Positions 1 through 8,786 of a stretch of DNA of 54,889 bases are shown here, one piece after another. Numbering within the stretch: the stretch's first letter is position 1; each line of letters begins with the position of its first letter. A program made the position numbers and the translations under genes. This DNA is from a virus (taxonomy: Duplodnaviria > Caudoviricetes). The stretch covers positions 1 through 54,889 of IMG/VR virus record IMGVR_UViG_3300037869_000003. One strand, written 5' to 3'. Under the pieces are notes generated by a model. It ran no database searches. It saw only the letters and a program-made list of their open reading frames with translations, and was not told the origin of the DNA.

Positions 1-132
1 TTATTTAAGCCAGAAGGAGTGTCCATATGGAGCTTTTGGGCTGCTGGCGATCACCGATATTCATATAAATCATTCTCGCCATTAAGACAAACTATAGTCC
101 TATTTATGGCAGCGATAAATAATGAACTATGA
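1..132 (+). CDS. 3' end of a hypothetical protein, cut by the window edge
   Basis: Frame 1 is open from base 1 (LFKPEGVSIWSFW...FMAAINNEL) to a TGA that overlaps the ATG at 129 (ATGA coupling). Confidence 0.6.
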   Translation, partial: LFKPEGVSIWSFWAAGDHRYSYKSFSPLRQTIVLFMAAINNEL

Positions 133-461
133 CAGCTAAAGCCGCTCTTGCAATGGCTCTGTTAGAGGGCCGAGTATTGAATGTAAAAAACTGCTTTAAC
201 GAGATAGGTCTGACTAATATCGCTCGCGAAATACCTAGACTAATAGAAAAGCCTTTTGGCGTACAGGTATCCAGAACTCCAAAATCTGGTAAAAGTAGGT
301 TCAACCAAGATGTTACCTGGACAGATTATAGGCTTAATACTTCTCCATTTAATTCCGATGGGATAGAAAAAATGAAGGAGTATGTCAAAGTACATACTCC
401 AGTTAAAAAAACGTTATATAACGACCCGATTAAATTCAAACAAACTAATCTATTTGATTAA
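129..461 (+). CDS. winged helix-turn-helix DNA-binding protein (putative)
   Basis: 110 aa; LLEGRVLNVKNCFNEIGLTNIAREIPRL followed by a beta-wing (VSRTPK...WTDYRL), a pattern typical of phage wHTH proteins. Confidence 0.5.
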   Translation: MTAKAALAMALLEGRVLNVKNCFNEIGLTNIAREIPRLIEKPFGVQVSRTPKSGKSRFNQDVTWTDYRLNTSPFNSDGIEKMKEYVKVHTPVKKTLYNDPIKFKQTNLFD

Positions 462-895
462 TGGAAAACAATAAAAAGTTAGAAAAAGACTTAAACGATT
501 ATACAAAAGAAGATTTTGCTGCATTACCAATTTTAGGATGGCAAGAAATTGCAAAAGACTTTAACTCATTAATTATTATCCCTAACGATGAAGTTCATGA
601 TTCAGGTTTTAAGTGCATGGAATTTGTTGCATGCAGATATAATACTCCAATTTGTAGAATATCCGGATGTAGTGACGTTATCCATATAGACGGGATAGGC
701 GACTATGGGGTTGGTGGTATTAGATCATGGAGTAAAAGACCTATTAGTACACCAACAGATTGGTCAATAGACTGTCTTAAAACTAGCGGATACCTTCGCC
801 TTTTTACATCTGGCTCCTCTTTGCAATCAGGCACAGCGCTTTCATCATTTGAAATATTCTCAGTAAATGAAACCAATAATAGTAACCTACAGTAA
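461..895 (+). CDS. hypothetical phage protein
   Basis: 144-aa ORF, TAATG-coupled to the upstream gene. Confidence 0.75.
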   Translation: MENNKKLEKDLNDYTKEDFAALPILGWQEIAKDFNSLIIIPNDEVHDSGFKCMEFVACRYNTPICRISGCSDVIHIDGIGDYGVGGIRSWSKRPISTPTDWSIDCLKTSGYLRLFTSGSSLQSGTALSSFEIFSVNETNNSNLQ

Positions 896-1091
896 TGAGA
901 GTTATGTTATTATTTCCGTAGGGTACTTAAGCATATCGGGGCCAAATGGCACTTGGTCTCCGGTCCAGAATGGCGGCTATTATAGTTGTAAAAGTTTAAC
1001 CACAGGCAACTATGCGGATTTATTTGAAAAGGACATAAAGCTATTCGCAAGAAAAATAAGAAAACGTAAAACTCCCGTAACTAATTATTGA
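867..1091 (+). CDS. hypothetical protein
   Basis: 74-aa ORF packed within the operon. Confidence 0.55.
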   Translation: MKPIIVTYSNESYVIISVGYLSISGPNGTWSPVQNGGYYSCKSLTTGNYADLFEKDIKLFARKIRKRKTPVTNY

Positions 1092-1435
1092 ATATGTGTG
1101 TAGGAATAGACTATTGTACTAAAAAGAGTTGTCTGGAAAACGAGCGATGTGTTTTATATGAACCAAAACATAAAAGCACTTGTGAAGTTAGGCGTGGGCC
1201 AAAGAAAAGGAAAAACAAACCTGCTGTTAAAGTTAACCCATGTGAGCAGAATAAAAAGTTTTGTTCAAATATTCAGGCATGTGAGATATTAGGTCAATGT
1301 ATGCTAGAACATCCGGCAGTCGTTGCCAACAAAAACTTCATGAAGGAACTCCGAAAAGCCCGTGCATTAAGCCGGATAGCGGGAATATTTGTACGTTACA
1401 TGGCTAAAGTAAAGAAGACACATGGCGAAAAATAA
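1088..1435 (+). CDS. Cys-rich, basic hypothetical protein (possible metal-binding repeats)
   Basis: Two four-Cys clusters (CVGIDYCTKKSCLENERC; CEQNKKFCSNIQACEILGQC); start may be the ATG at 1094. Confidence 0.6.
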   Translation: MNMCVGIDYCTKKSCLENERCVLYEPKHKSTCEVRRGPKKRKNKPAVKVNPCEQNKKFCSNIQACEILGQCMLEHPAVVANKNFMKELRKARALSRIAGIFVRYMAKVKKTHGEK

Positions 1436-1507
1436 TTATTGAAAAACCACCAGCACCTTTAAAAACCCGGCACCCATTCCAATGTTCTATAAACCTCTGA
1501 AATAAAT

Positions 1508-1771
1508 TTGGTAATGCAAGAATCATACCCTATCATTGTGAAACAATTTCCCCACTACATGAAGTTAACCCCGTATAAATTAGCCAAACTGCAAGCTGAA
1601 GTAAAACAAATTGGAGAAGCTATTGATAAAACAGACGGGAAAATTGGTGAGGCGGCTAAATTACTCCAAATAGATCGAAAAACAATCTACAACAAACTTA
1701 AAATTTATAATAAATGGCTAGACGAACAGTCCAGGAGGAAGTCTTTTACTAAAGCAAAGGCCCCGCAGTAA
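1508..1771 (+). CDS. Fis-family (HTH_8) DNA-binding protein
   Basis: AIDKTDGKIGEAAKLLQIDRKTIYNKLKIY matches the Fis/NtrC C-terminal HTH; true start may be the ATG at 1514 or 1559. Confidence 0.8.
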   Translation: MVMQESYPIIVKQFPHYMKLTPYKLAKLQAEVKQIGEAIDKTDGKIGEAAKLLQIDRKTIYNKLKIYNKWLDEQSRRKSFTKAKAPQ

Positions 1772-1779
1772 ACGGGGCC
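1751..1779 (-). terminator. Rho-independent terminator, minus strand
   Basis: Minus strand reads GGCCCCG-tttactg-CGGGGCC-TTTGCTTT. Confidence 0.7.
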
Positions 1780-1850
1780 ACCCAAAAAATATATCCGGTG
1801 TTTTTAATGCCTTTGACCGGAACAGGCGGCTGACTAAACCGCACACAATC
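1751..1850 (-). ncRNA. candidate ~100-nt antisense small RNA (OOP-like)
   Basis: Lies between a minus-strand TAACTTTG box (1859-1852) and the terminator; two internal hairpins; overlaps the 3' end of the Fis-like gene. Confidence 0.45.
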
Positions 1851-1851
1851 T

Positions 1852-1885
1852 CAAAGTTACTAAACTATTCTGATATTCTTATCAA
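1852..1885 (-). promoter_or_regulatory. Bacteroidota sigma70-type promoter (-7 TAnnTTTG, -33 TTG)
   Basis: TAACTTTG at 1859-1852 and TTG at 1885-1883 (23-nt spacer, at the long end). Confidence 0.5.
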
Positions 1886-2056
1886 TCGGATTGGGCAATG
1901 TCTTCGTAAATGGGATACCCCTTAAATCAAAAACACAGTGGGCTTTACTCGGCCCAAAAATCCGGTAACCAACCTGAGTCAGCCGTTTAATGCAGCCAAG
2001 AGGCTGGGACTGATTCTTAATATTTTCGGAGTATTCTATAGGTTATAGTATGGAAT

Positions 2057-2530
2057 ATGAAGGTGGGGTTGGTAGAATGGTTGTCAATGCGGCACTCTAA
2101 AGGTGTTAGTATCTACCCATTTCATGTACTTATGGTAACTACAAATACAATAAAAAGAGAAAAATTTGCGGCCAAACAAAGTTCGGCGGCGAAATATCGT
2201 AAAAAACTCAGAAAGAATCCTACAATGTGGGAAAAGAAAGCATTTTCTGCGTTAAAGGTTCATTTCCCACAAACTATCTTTCAAAAGACTTTTTTTACTA
2301 AAACGGGGTTTTATATAGTTGATTTTCTTGTCCCTATCCCTTATAATGTGATTGTAGAAATAGATGGAGGTCATCATTATAAAGGTGAAATGATTGAAAA
2401 GGACAAGGTCAGGGATGCGTTTTTAGAAGGGCTTGGCTATGTGGTGGTTAGGATTAAAAACAAAGAAGTTAATTATATAGATTTCAAAACATTAGTCCAA
2501 ACTGCTAAAAAACAGCGATCCCATGAATAA
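2057..2530 (+). CDS. DUF559/Vsr-like endonuclease
   Basis: LRKNPTMWEK...FYIVDF...VEIDGGHH...DKVRDAFLEGLGYVVVRI; likely start is the ATG at 2131. Confidence 0.85.
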   Translation: MKVGLVEWLSMRHSKGVSIYPFHVLMVTTNTIKREKFAAKQSSAAKYRKKLRKNPTMWEKKAFSALKVHFPQTIFQKTFFTKTGFYIVDFLVPIPYNVIVEIDGGHHYKGEMIEKDKVRDAFLEGLGYVVVRIKNKEVNYIDFKTLVQTAKKQRSHE

Positions 2531-2861
2531 AAACAGAGAGAATGGAGTCCAGCTCCCCTTCACAGACGAAAATTTCATCCAGAAATGGCAAGAATGGCTT
2601 CAGTACCGGAAAGAGAGGCGACTCCCTTCTTATGTCCCTACTGGGCTTAAAGGCACGTTTACTAAGCTAAAGCGCATAAGCCAAAATGATCCGGTAATAG
2701 CCATGCAAATTATAGACCAGTCCATAGAGAATAATTGGCAGGGATTATTTGAACTAAAAATTTCATCAAATGCAGCAAATCTCCCAAATCCTACCGCTGG
2801 TAATAAGCAAACCAACGGAAATTCAAGTTCGGCGCGAATCAACTCCATTAAAAACTTTTGA
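2523..2861 (+). CDS. phage replication initiator (O-like), C-terminal-domain-type protein
   Basis: WQEWLQYRKERR...IIDQSIENNWQGLFELK resembles the conserved C-terminus of phage replication proteins; there is no N-terminal HTH. Confidence 0.6.
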   Translation: MNKNRENGVQLPFTDENFIQKWQEWLQYRKERRLPSYVPTGLKGTFTKLKRISQNDPVIAMQIIDQSIENNWQGLFELKISSNAANLPNPTAGNKQTNGNSSSARINSIKNF

Positions 2862-3360
2862 GGAAAAGAACTTTGAAACTGCTGTATTATCTAAACCTAA
2901 GATATGTCATCTTAGGCAGATTGAGGAGGTGGTAGAAGGGTTTAGCCAGGTAGAGGAGGTCAGTAAGGCGTTGCGTTATATTTTCGTTTTAATAGGTTTA
3001 AGAGCCGAACAGGTGCCAGATGAAGAAGAGAAGGCTGTTTTAAAGGATTACGTTATTGAAGAATATGGAGGCCATACAACAGAAGAAATAAAGTTGGCCT
3101 TTAAAATGGCGATCCAAGGAAAGTTAAAAATAGCTCAGAAAGATGTAAAGTGTTATGGCATATTTTCGCCAGCTTATTTTACTTCTATAATGGATGCTTA
3201 TCGAGAATGGGCTAGAGAACAAGCGGAAAAGCTGATTAACAGGAAGGAGCCAGAAAGAGTAGTTACTGAAAAGGAGAAAGCAATAATAAATCTTGAATAC
3301 GCTGGGTGGTTACAAACTTTAATCAAAAACGCAATACTACCTCCCTTAAGGTATGGATAA
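2770..3360 (+). CDS. replication protein P-like / helicase loader (putative)
   Basis: Position after the O-like gene; EEIKLAFKMAIQGKL...FSPAYFTSIMDAYREW helical motif. Confidence 0.45.
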   Translation: MQQISQILPLVISKPTEIQVRRESTPLKTFEEKNFETAVLSKPKICHLRQIEEVVEGFSQVEEVSKALRYIFVLIGLRAEQVPDEEEKAVLKDYVIEEYGGHTTEEIKLAFKMAIQGKLKIAQKDVKCYGIFSPAYFTSIMDAYREWAREQAEKLINRKEPERVVTEKEKAIINLEYAGWLQTLIKNAILPPLRYG

Positions 3361-3688
3361 ATGGCAAAAAGCACAGCACGATTGGGAGCAGCTTATGTGG
3401 CGCATAGGCCGTGATGAAAAAGATTACTTTGAAATTGACAATGAATTTTACCTAGACTCTTTGATACGCCTTCCTTCAAGAAGAAGTCTTATGTGTTGGA
3501 TCTATTCTGATCTGTGCTTCGCGAAAAAGATTGTAAGAATGGAGAGTTTAGATAAAGAAACTAAGAAAAGAATGTGGGATAATATTAGAGCTATGTGCGA
3601 TGGTAAAACAGATGATAAAAAGATACTGATCCAGCTATGCAAAGTTTTCTATGTAATTGATTATTTTTTAAACGAAAAATTATGTTGA
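3353..3688 (+). CDS. hypothetical protein
   Basis: 111-aa ORF overlapping both neighbours. Confidence 0.7.
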   Translation: MDKWQKAQHDWEQLMWRIGRDEKDYFEIDNEFYLDSLIRLPSRRSLMCWIYSDLCFAKKIVRMESLDKETKKRMWDNIRAMCDGKTDDKKILIQLCKVFYVIDYFLNEKLC

Positions 3689-4074
3689 AAATACAAATGA
3701 TAGGCCATCTGGGACGTGATTGTGTTGTTCAGCAACACGGCACAGATAGCGTTATAAATTTCTCATTATGCCATACTGATAAATATAAAGATGCCAGTGG
3801 ACAAAAATACGAAAAGGCAACTTGGGTTAGTTGTTCCTGGTGGGTTGAAAGTACTAACGTGGCTCAGTATCTTAAAAAGGGTACGTTAATTTGGGCTGAG
3901 GGCATCCCGGAGGCGAAAAACTGGAAAGATAAGCAAGGTGAATCACAAGCCTTTTTGAACATGCGCGTAATAAAAGTTGAGTTGCTGGGTGGGAAAAGAG
4001 AAGGTTCGCCTATTGGGACTATGGCTAATCCGGCATCTACCGAGTCATCAAGTGATGATGATTTGCCATTTTAA
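3682..4074 (+). CDS. ssb: single-stranded DNA-binding protein
   Basis: IGHLGRD...YLKKGTLIWAEG OB-fold motifs and acidic tail DDDLPF. Confidence 0.95.
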   Translation: MLKIQMIGHLGRDCVVQQHGTDSVINFSLCHTDKYKDASGQKYEKATWVSCSWWVESTNVAQYLKKGTLIWAEGIPEAKNWKDKQGESQAFLNMRVIKVELLGGKREGSPIGTMANPASTESSSDDDLPF

Positions 4075-4091
4075 AATTAAATAAAAAATAA

Positions 4092-4421
4092 ATGAGAACA
4101 CTTCTTGATGTAAATACTGAAATAATAACTCTTACAGAAGAGATAACTACCGGCACTCCATTAAAACCAGCTCAGGTAAGTAGAAGAAAGAATAGGATAG
4201 AATATCTTAAAACTATCAAAGCGTACTTGGAAACTGGCCCGGCTCTTGAGTATATTGATCTTGAAATTGACAGAATCGAAAATAGGATTGCATTACTTTC
4301 TAATTCATTTGATAGGTCACAATACAAAGACCCAAAAGAAGCATTTAAGCAATACGAAAAGGAGATGGATATTCCACAATTACGTAAACAGCTCCGTACA
4401 TTAAGATTCATTAAAAAGTAG
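4092..4421 (+). CDS. hypothetical coiled-coil protein
   Basis: 109-aa ORF with an A-rich leader. Confidence 0.7.
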   Translation: MRTLLDVNTEIITLTEEITTGTPLKPAQVSRRKNRIEYLKTIKAYLETGPALEYIDLEIDRIENRIALLSNSFDRSQYKDPKEAFKQYEKEMDIPQLRKQLRTLRFIKK

Positions 4422-4426
4422 AATTA

Positions 4427-4801
4427 ATGAGCAGAATACTTCATTTAAGCCTAAAGCGAGAGCCATTTGAAATGATAGCGGCTGGGATTAAGTTAGAAGA
4501 GTACAGAGAGATAAAGCCTTACTGGATTAAACGGCTTACTATTAAAGACTGCCACCAATTAGTACAATTGGATTTAATGAAGGCTCTAATGCATAAAAAG
4601 TCTTTTGAGAAGTACGATATTGTGAGATTCAGAAATGGGTATGCTAAAAAAGATCCAGAGATAGATGTGGTTTGTAATGGTATCCATTATGGGATGGCTA
4701 ATGTGGATTGGATAGGGTTCTTAACACAAAACTGGTATTTCTGCATAGAATTAGGTGAAATTATTTCAATTAAAAACTATACAATTAAAACAACAACATG
4801 A
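4427..4801 (+). CDS. ASCH-domain protein
   Basis: LHLSLKREPFEMIAAGIKLEEYREIKPYW (GxKxxExR) ... VRFRNGY. Confidence 0.8.
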   Translation: MSRILHLSLKREPFEMIAAGIKLEEYREIKPYWIKRLTIKDCHQLVQLDLMKALMHKKSFEKYDIVRFRNGYAKKDPEIDVVCNGIHYGMANVDWIGFLTQNWYFCIELGEIISIKNYTIKTTT

Positions 4802-5094
4802 AAAATTGGTCATTTGTAGCATTAACGGCGGTATTTATTGGACTTCTGGCATTTCAATCACATCAGGCAAAGAAAACCTACAAGGTGGAAGCCGACATTA
4901 ACTTCTGGGTGCAGGCCACGAACGGATTAGAGTTTACAAAGAACAATCTGAAAAATTCTGACCTCCCTTCAAAAACAGTAACCCTTATCAATGACTCCTT
5001 ACTTACTCCCCTCCAAGCTGAAATTTCAAGACAAGTGCAGGCGCAAATAAATTCAGAAAACAAAAAAGATACTACTAAACCTAAAAAGAACTAA
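4798..5094 (+). CDS. exported/membrane-anchored hypothetical protein
   Basis: Signal-like N-terminus MKNWSFVALTAVFIGLLA; DSL and DTT motifs. Confidence 0.65.
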   Translation: MKNWSFVALTAVFIGLLAFQSHQAKKTYKVEADINFWVQATNGLEFTKNNLKNSDLPSKTVTLINDSLLTPLQAEISRQVQAQINSENKKDTTKPKKN

Positions 5095-5095
5095 C

Positions 5096-5509
5096 ATGCC
5101 AATTATTAGTCATGAAGATTCTATCAAAGTAATTGATGGGATTAATAATGTCATAAAAAACTCCGGTATTGATACCAATAAAATAAGCGACGGGTATCAT
5201 ACATTTGGAGAATTATATGAACACAGGATAATATTATTTATCTCTTTGTGTAGGGAGTTGCAGCTAACGGATGATGCATCATGTTCCCCATCCAGATACG
5301 ATATATGGAGGTCTAAAAAACATCACGATGGGAGTACGTTCGATGGCTGGTTTATCATGGGGATAAGGAAGGTAGCTGGCATGCAAATAAGCTATCATTT
5401 GCCAATGAGTAAGTGGGATGAAACTGGGTTTTGTGATACGGATGAAAGAGCGCCTGAATGGGACGGCCATACAAGTAATGATGTTTTAGAACGTTTAAAA
5501 TCACTTTAG
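5096..5509 (+). CDS. WDGH-motif phage protein
   Basis: SDGYHTFGELYEHR...WRSKKHHDG...QISYHL...PEWDGHT. Confidence 0.75.
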   Translation: MPIISHEDSIKVIDGINNVIKNSGIDTNKISDGYHTFGELYEHRIILFISLCRELQLTDDASCSPSRYDIWRSKKHHDGSTFDGWFIMGIRKVAGMQISYHLPMSKWDETGFCDTDERAPEWDGHTSNDVLERLKSL

Positions 5510-5511
5510 AC

Positions 5512-5715
5512 ATGACAATAGCTGAATACCTGGATCGTAGAGATAAGCTCACAAACACGTTATTCATAATAGGGACTGATGGCGTTGGTCATTACGTAGA
5601 AAACCACAAACTATACACGAAGGAAGAGTTTAGAAGAAAATACCCAACGCCGGATAGCTTAGTTCTGAATAACTGTGAGAATTGCGATAAAACAAAATCA
5701 TATCTTAGTGCCTAG
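5512..5715 (+). CDS. hypothetical protein
   Basis: 67-aa ORF within the operon. Confidence 0.6.
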   Translation: MTIAEYLDRRDKLTNTLFIIGTDGVGHYVENHKLYTKEEFRRKYPTPDSLVLNNCENCDKTKSYLSA

Positions 5716-5729
5716 TAAAAACAAACTAA

Positions 5730-5942
5730 ATGGAAATATTACTAACCCCGGATCAGGAATCCACCCTGTGGCATTTTGCTGACACAATTCTAACTGATAA
5801 AGGAGAAAAATTCATGTACTTCCCATATTGGTTGCGTGTTAATGGCAATGGCTCATACGAAAGACTCCGATTCGATCAGATACCAGAAGAAGTAAAAGAT
5901 AAGCTTCTTATTAAACAAGGCGTTAAACTACCTACAGAATGA
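5730..5942 (+). CDS. hypothetical protein
   Basis: 70-aa ORF, ATGA-coupled to the next gene. Confidence 0.65.
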   Translation: MEILLTPDQESTLWHFADTILTDKGEKFMYFPYWLRVNGNGSYERLRFDQIPEEVKDKLLIKQGVKLPTE

Positions 5943-7354
5943 TTGAATTACCTAATGTAACCGTAATAATAGCTGATACTAAAAATTACGGTAGAGCTGC
6001 TTATGCGATAGCTAAGACGCTGGAGCAAATAAAACCAGCTAGAATGGTATGGCTAACAGATATTGACTACGATCATCCAGGCGTGGAGGTAGTTAAAATA
6101 CCGCCTATAAAAAGCAAAGCCGAGTATTCTTACTTAATCATTAAGAGGCTTAGTCATTATTTTACAACATCTCATTGTTTAGTAATTCAGCATGATGGAT
6201 ATGTGATTGATAGTGGTATGTGGACGGATGATTATCTGGACTATGACTATATCGGTGCTCCTTGGTTATATCCAGATCCGGATAGAAATGTTGGGAATGG
6301 TGGCTTCAGCTTAAGATCCAATAAGCTACAAACTTACCTAGAGTATGATAAGAAAATTGAAATAGTAGAGCCGGAGGATGAGGTTATAGGAAGGTTATAT
6401 AGGCGTTATCTAGAAGCTACGTATAATTTATCATTTGCTCCGGAAGAATTGGCGCATAAGTTCTCGTATGAGCTTCATGAACCATACGGTAATACGTTTG
6501 GGTTTCACGGATACTTCCATCCGCCATTCAAGCCGGTAGTGGTGATAAATCGTACAGGCGCAATGGGTGATGTTATTGGCGTGGAGCCGGTATTGCATGA
6601 ATTTCATAAAAAAGGCTATCGTGTAGTTCTTAAAACGCTCCCGCAATTTTATTCCTTATTCTCAGCCCATTACTTCCCGGTAGAAAGTTTTGATATGCTT
6701 AATAAAGCGTTGCCTTATAAGTACATCGACCTGGATATGGCTTACGAAGCAAAGCCAAAGCAATTGCATTTAAAATCTTATTATGAAATTACGGGTATTG
6801 AAGGTGAATCAAGAAACCCAAAGTTGAATTATGAGGCAAGCGAAGATATAAAGCTAATCAAGCAAAAATATGCGGTAATTCATGTAGATAGGCGAGAGCA
6901 GCCGCATAGGAATGCCGATAATGTAGCTTGGTGGAAGGTTACAGATTATTTAAAAAGTAAAGGGTATATAGTTATTCAGATTGGTAAAAATGAAAGCATA
7001 AAATTGGACGCTATACAAATAAATACGATTGAGACGCGGATGTTGGCTTATGTGATTTCTGGGTGTGATTTATTTATCGGAGTGGATTCTGGGCCTTCTC
7101 ATGTTGCTGTGGCTACAGATCGCAAATGTGTGATACTGTTTGGAAGCGTAAATCCAATGTACATTCATGCTGAATTTCAAAATATCCGGCCCGTAGTAAT
7201 CCATAGCCCAGATAAACCTGTATGTGATACGCCTTTCTGTTGGCATAATAGTATTACAACTACTGGCCAGGATTGCACAGTTAATACTTTTCGGCCACCA
7301 TGTACAGAGTTTGGATCAGAAAGGATAATCAACGCTATAAATGAATTGATATGA
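5939..7354 (+). CDS. two-domain glycosyltransferase: DUF5672-like GT-A domain plus GT9 (heptosyltransferase-like) domain
   Basis: N-terminal IQHDG, YDYIGAPW, VGNGGFSLRS, PED, FGFHG; C-terminal GAMGDV and CDLFIGVDSGPSHVAVA. Confidence 0.85.
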   Translation: MIELPNVTVIIADTKNYGRAAYAIAKTLEQIKPARMVWLTDIDYDHPGVEVVKIPPIKSKAEYSYLIIKRLSHYFTTSHCLVIQHDGYVIDSGMWTDDYLDYDYIGAPWLYPDPDRNVGNGGFSLRSNKLQTYLEYDKKIEIVEPEDEVIGRLYRRYLEATYNLSFAPEELAHKFSYELHEPYGNTFGFHGYFHPPFKPVVVINRTGAMGDVIGVEPVLHEFHKKGYRVVLKTLPQFYSLFSAHYFPVESFDMLNKALPYKYIDLDMAYEAKPKQLHLKSYYEITGIEGESRNPKLNYEASEDIKLIKQKYAVIHVDRREQPHRNADNVAWWKVTDYLKSKGYIVIQIGKNESIKLDAIQINTIETRMLAYVISGCDLFIGVDSGPSHVAVATDRKCVILFGSVNPMYIHAEFQNIRPVVIHSPDKPVCDTPFCWHNSITTTGQDCTVNTFRPPCTEFGSERIINAINELI

Positions 7355-7920
7355 CATTGGAATATCCCGGAGTAGTTGGGAGCGGGGAGGTATATTTAAC
7401 TGTAATGAAGGCTATTTGTGGCGATACATCAGGTAAATCAATGGTAGATTTAATGTGCCACCATGCACCATATACACCTTTGCTTGGGTTTAAAGAACGA
7501 ACATATGTTGATATTCAGGATAGAGGGCTAGACCATAAAGAGGAGTATAAGTATTTTATCAAGTCTGATATATGGATGTTTTTGATTGATAATTCAAATC
7601 GCCATTTCGATGTAATGATATGCTCTGATGGTATTGAGCATTTGCCAAAGCAGCACGGCTGGGATTTATCGTTAAGCATGAAGCTATTATCAGATAAGGT
7701 AATAATATTTACACCATTAGGCGAATATAATATCACTAATGACGATAACCCAGATAGTCATAAAAGCGGATGGCTGCCAACAGAGTTATCCAATTATGCT
7801 ACTATAGTATTCCCTGATTTTCACCCTTCGCTGAGTATGGGAGCTTTCTTCGCCTGGTATTGCAAAGATATAGAACAGGATTTTGAACGGGTTAAAAATG
7901 AACTTAAAAACAAACTATGA
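7351..7920 (+). CDS. class I SAM-dependent methyltransferase-like protein
   Basis: SMVDLMC (degenerate motif I), YVDI, FDVMICSDGIEHL, IIFTP, HKSGW. Confidence 0.7.
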   Translation: MTLEYPGVVGSGEVYLTVMKAICGDTSGKSMVDLMCHHAPYTPLLGFKERTYVDIQDRGLDHKEEYKYFIKSDIWMFLIDNSNRHFDVMICSDGIEHLPKQHGWDLSLSMKLLSDKVIIFTPLGEYNITNDDNPDSHKSGWLPTELSNYATIVFPDFHPSLSMGAFFAWYCKDIEQDFERVKNELKNKL

Positions 7921-8159
7921 AATGGCAAAATAGAATGGATGCGGTTATTAAAGACGTTCTAGGAATAGAATGCACGTGTATTGTGGAGTCTGACAAATCA
8001 TTTTCTATATATGAAAACAATGAAAGATTACTTAGAATGGATTATTGCAATTCTTTAAATGCACATTGGAAGGATCTTGTAAAGGATGCGATAACATCTA
8101 TTATTCATGAAAAAATAAAAACATCAATTAAAAAATCACTTACAATAAATGACAACTGA
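7917..8159 (+). CDS. hypothetical protein
   Basis: 80-aa ORF, ATGA-coupled. Confidence 0.55.
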   Translation: MKWQNRMDAVIKDVLGIECTCIVESDKSFSIYENNERLLRMDYCNSLNAHWKDLVKDAITSIIHEKIKTSIKKSLTINDN

Positions 8160-8784
8160 ACAAAAAATACAAGCAATCAAAGATGCCATTGAAAAGGCAA
8201 AGAACCATCAATCTAAAATGGATGAAACGGCATGGTCTGTACCGGCGTTGTCTAGTTTGAAAATACGGCACTTGATGAATAACTTGGGAGCTATCTCAAC
8301 AAGATACCAAGAATGTGGAGTCCATAAAGGTGGGTTATTTTGTTCCGCAATAAGGAATAATAATTTGGAATGGGCTGTTGCTAATGATAATTGGGCCTCC
8401 GATGATGTAAGTGAAGATAAGGCATATCCGCAATTCATAGACAATGTTAGCAAGTGCGTTTCACCATCTACTAATTTTGTATGCTTTAAAAGCGATACGT
8501 TTGATTTAGTCCCAGACGAAATCGGCTTTGATCTTTATTTATTTGACGCGGATCACAGCTATGAAAGCCAGCGAAAGGCCATGACGCATTTCCTCCCAGC
8601 AATGGCTGATGAATTTATTCTTTGCGTGGATGACCATGACTGGCAGGATGTATGGCTTGGCACACATGATGGTTTGAAGGAGGCAAATGTTGATATATTA
8701 TTTGAAGAACCATTTAAGGGCGGCGATCATGATAATGATGGTTGGTGGAATGGATTTTATGTTGCTTTACTTAAAAAGAAATAA
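8149..8784 (+). CDS. SAM-dependent methyltransferase (Methyltransf_24-like)
   Basis: ECGVHKGG motif I, DLYLFDADHSYE, ILCVDD. Confidence 0.8.
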   Translation: MTTEQKIQAIKDAIEKAKNHQSKMDETAWSVPALSSLKIRHLMNNLGAISTRYQECGVHKGGLFCSAIRNNNLEWAVANDNWASDDVSEDKAYPQFIDNVSKCVSPSTNFVCFKSDTFDLVPDEIGFDLYLFDADHSYESQRKAMTHFLPAMADEFILCVDDHDWQDVWLGTHDGLKEANVDILFEEPFKGGDHDNDGWWNGFYVALLKKK

Positions 8785-8786
8785 CA

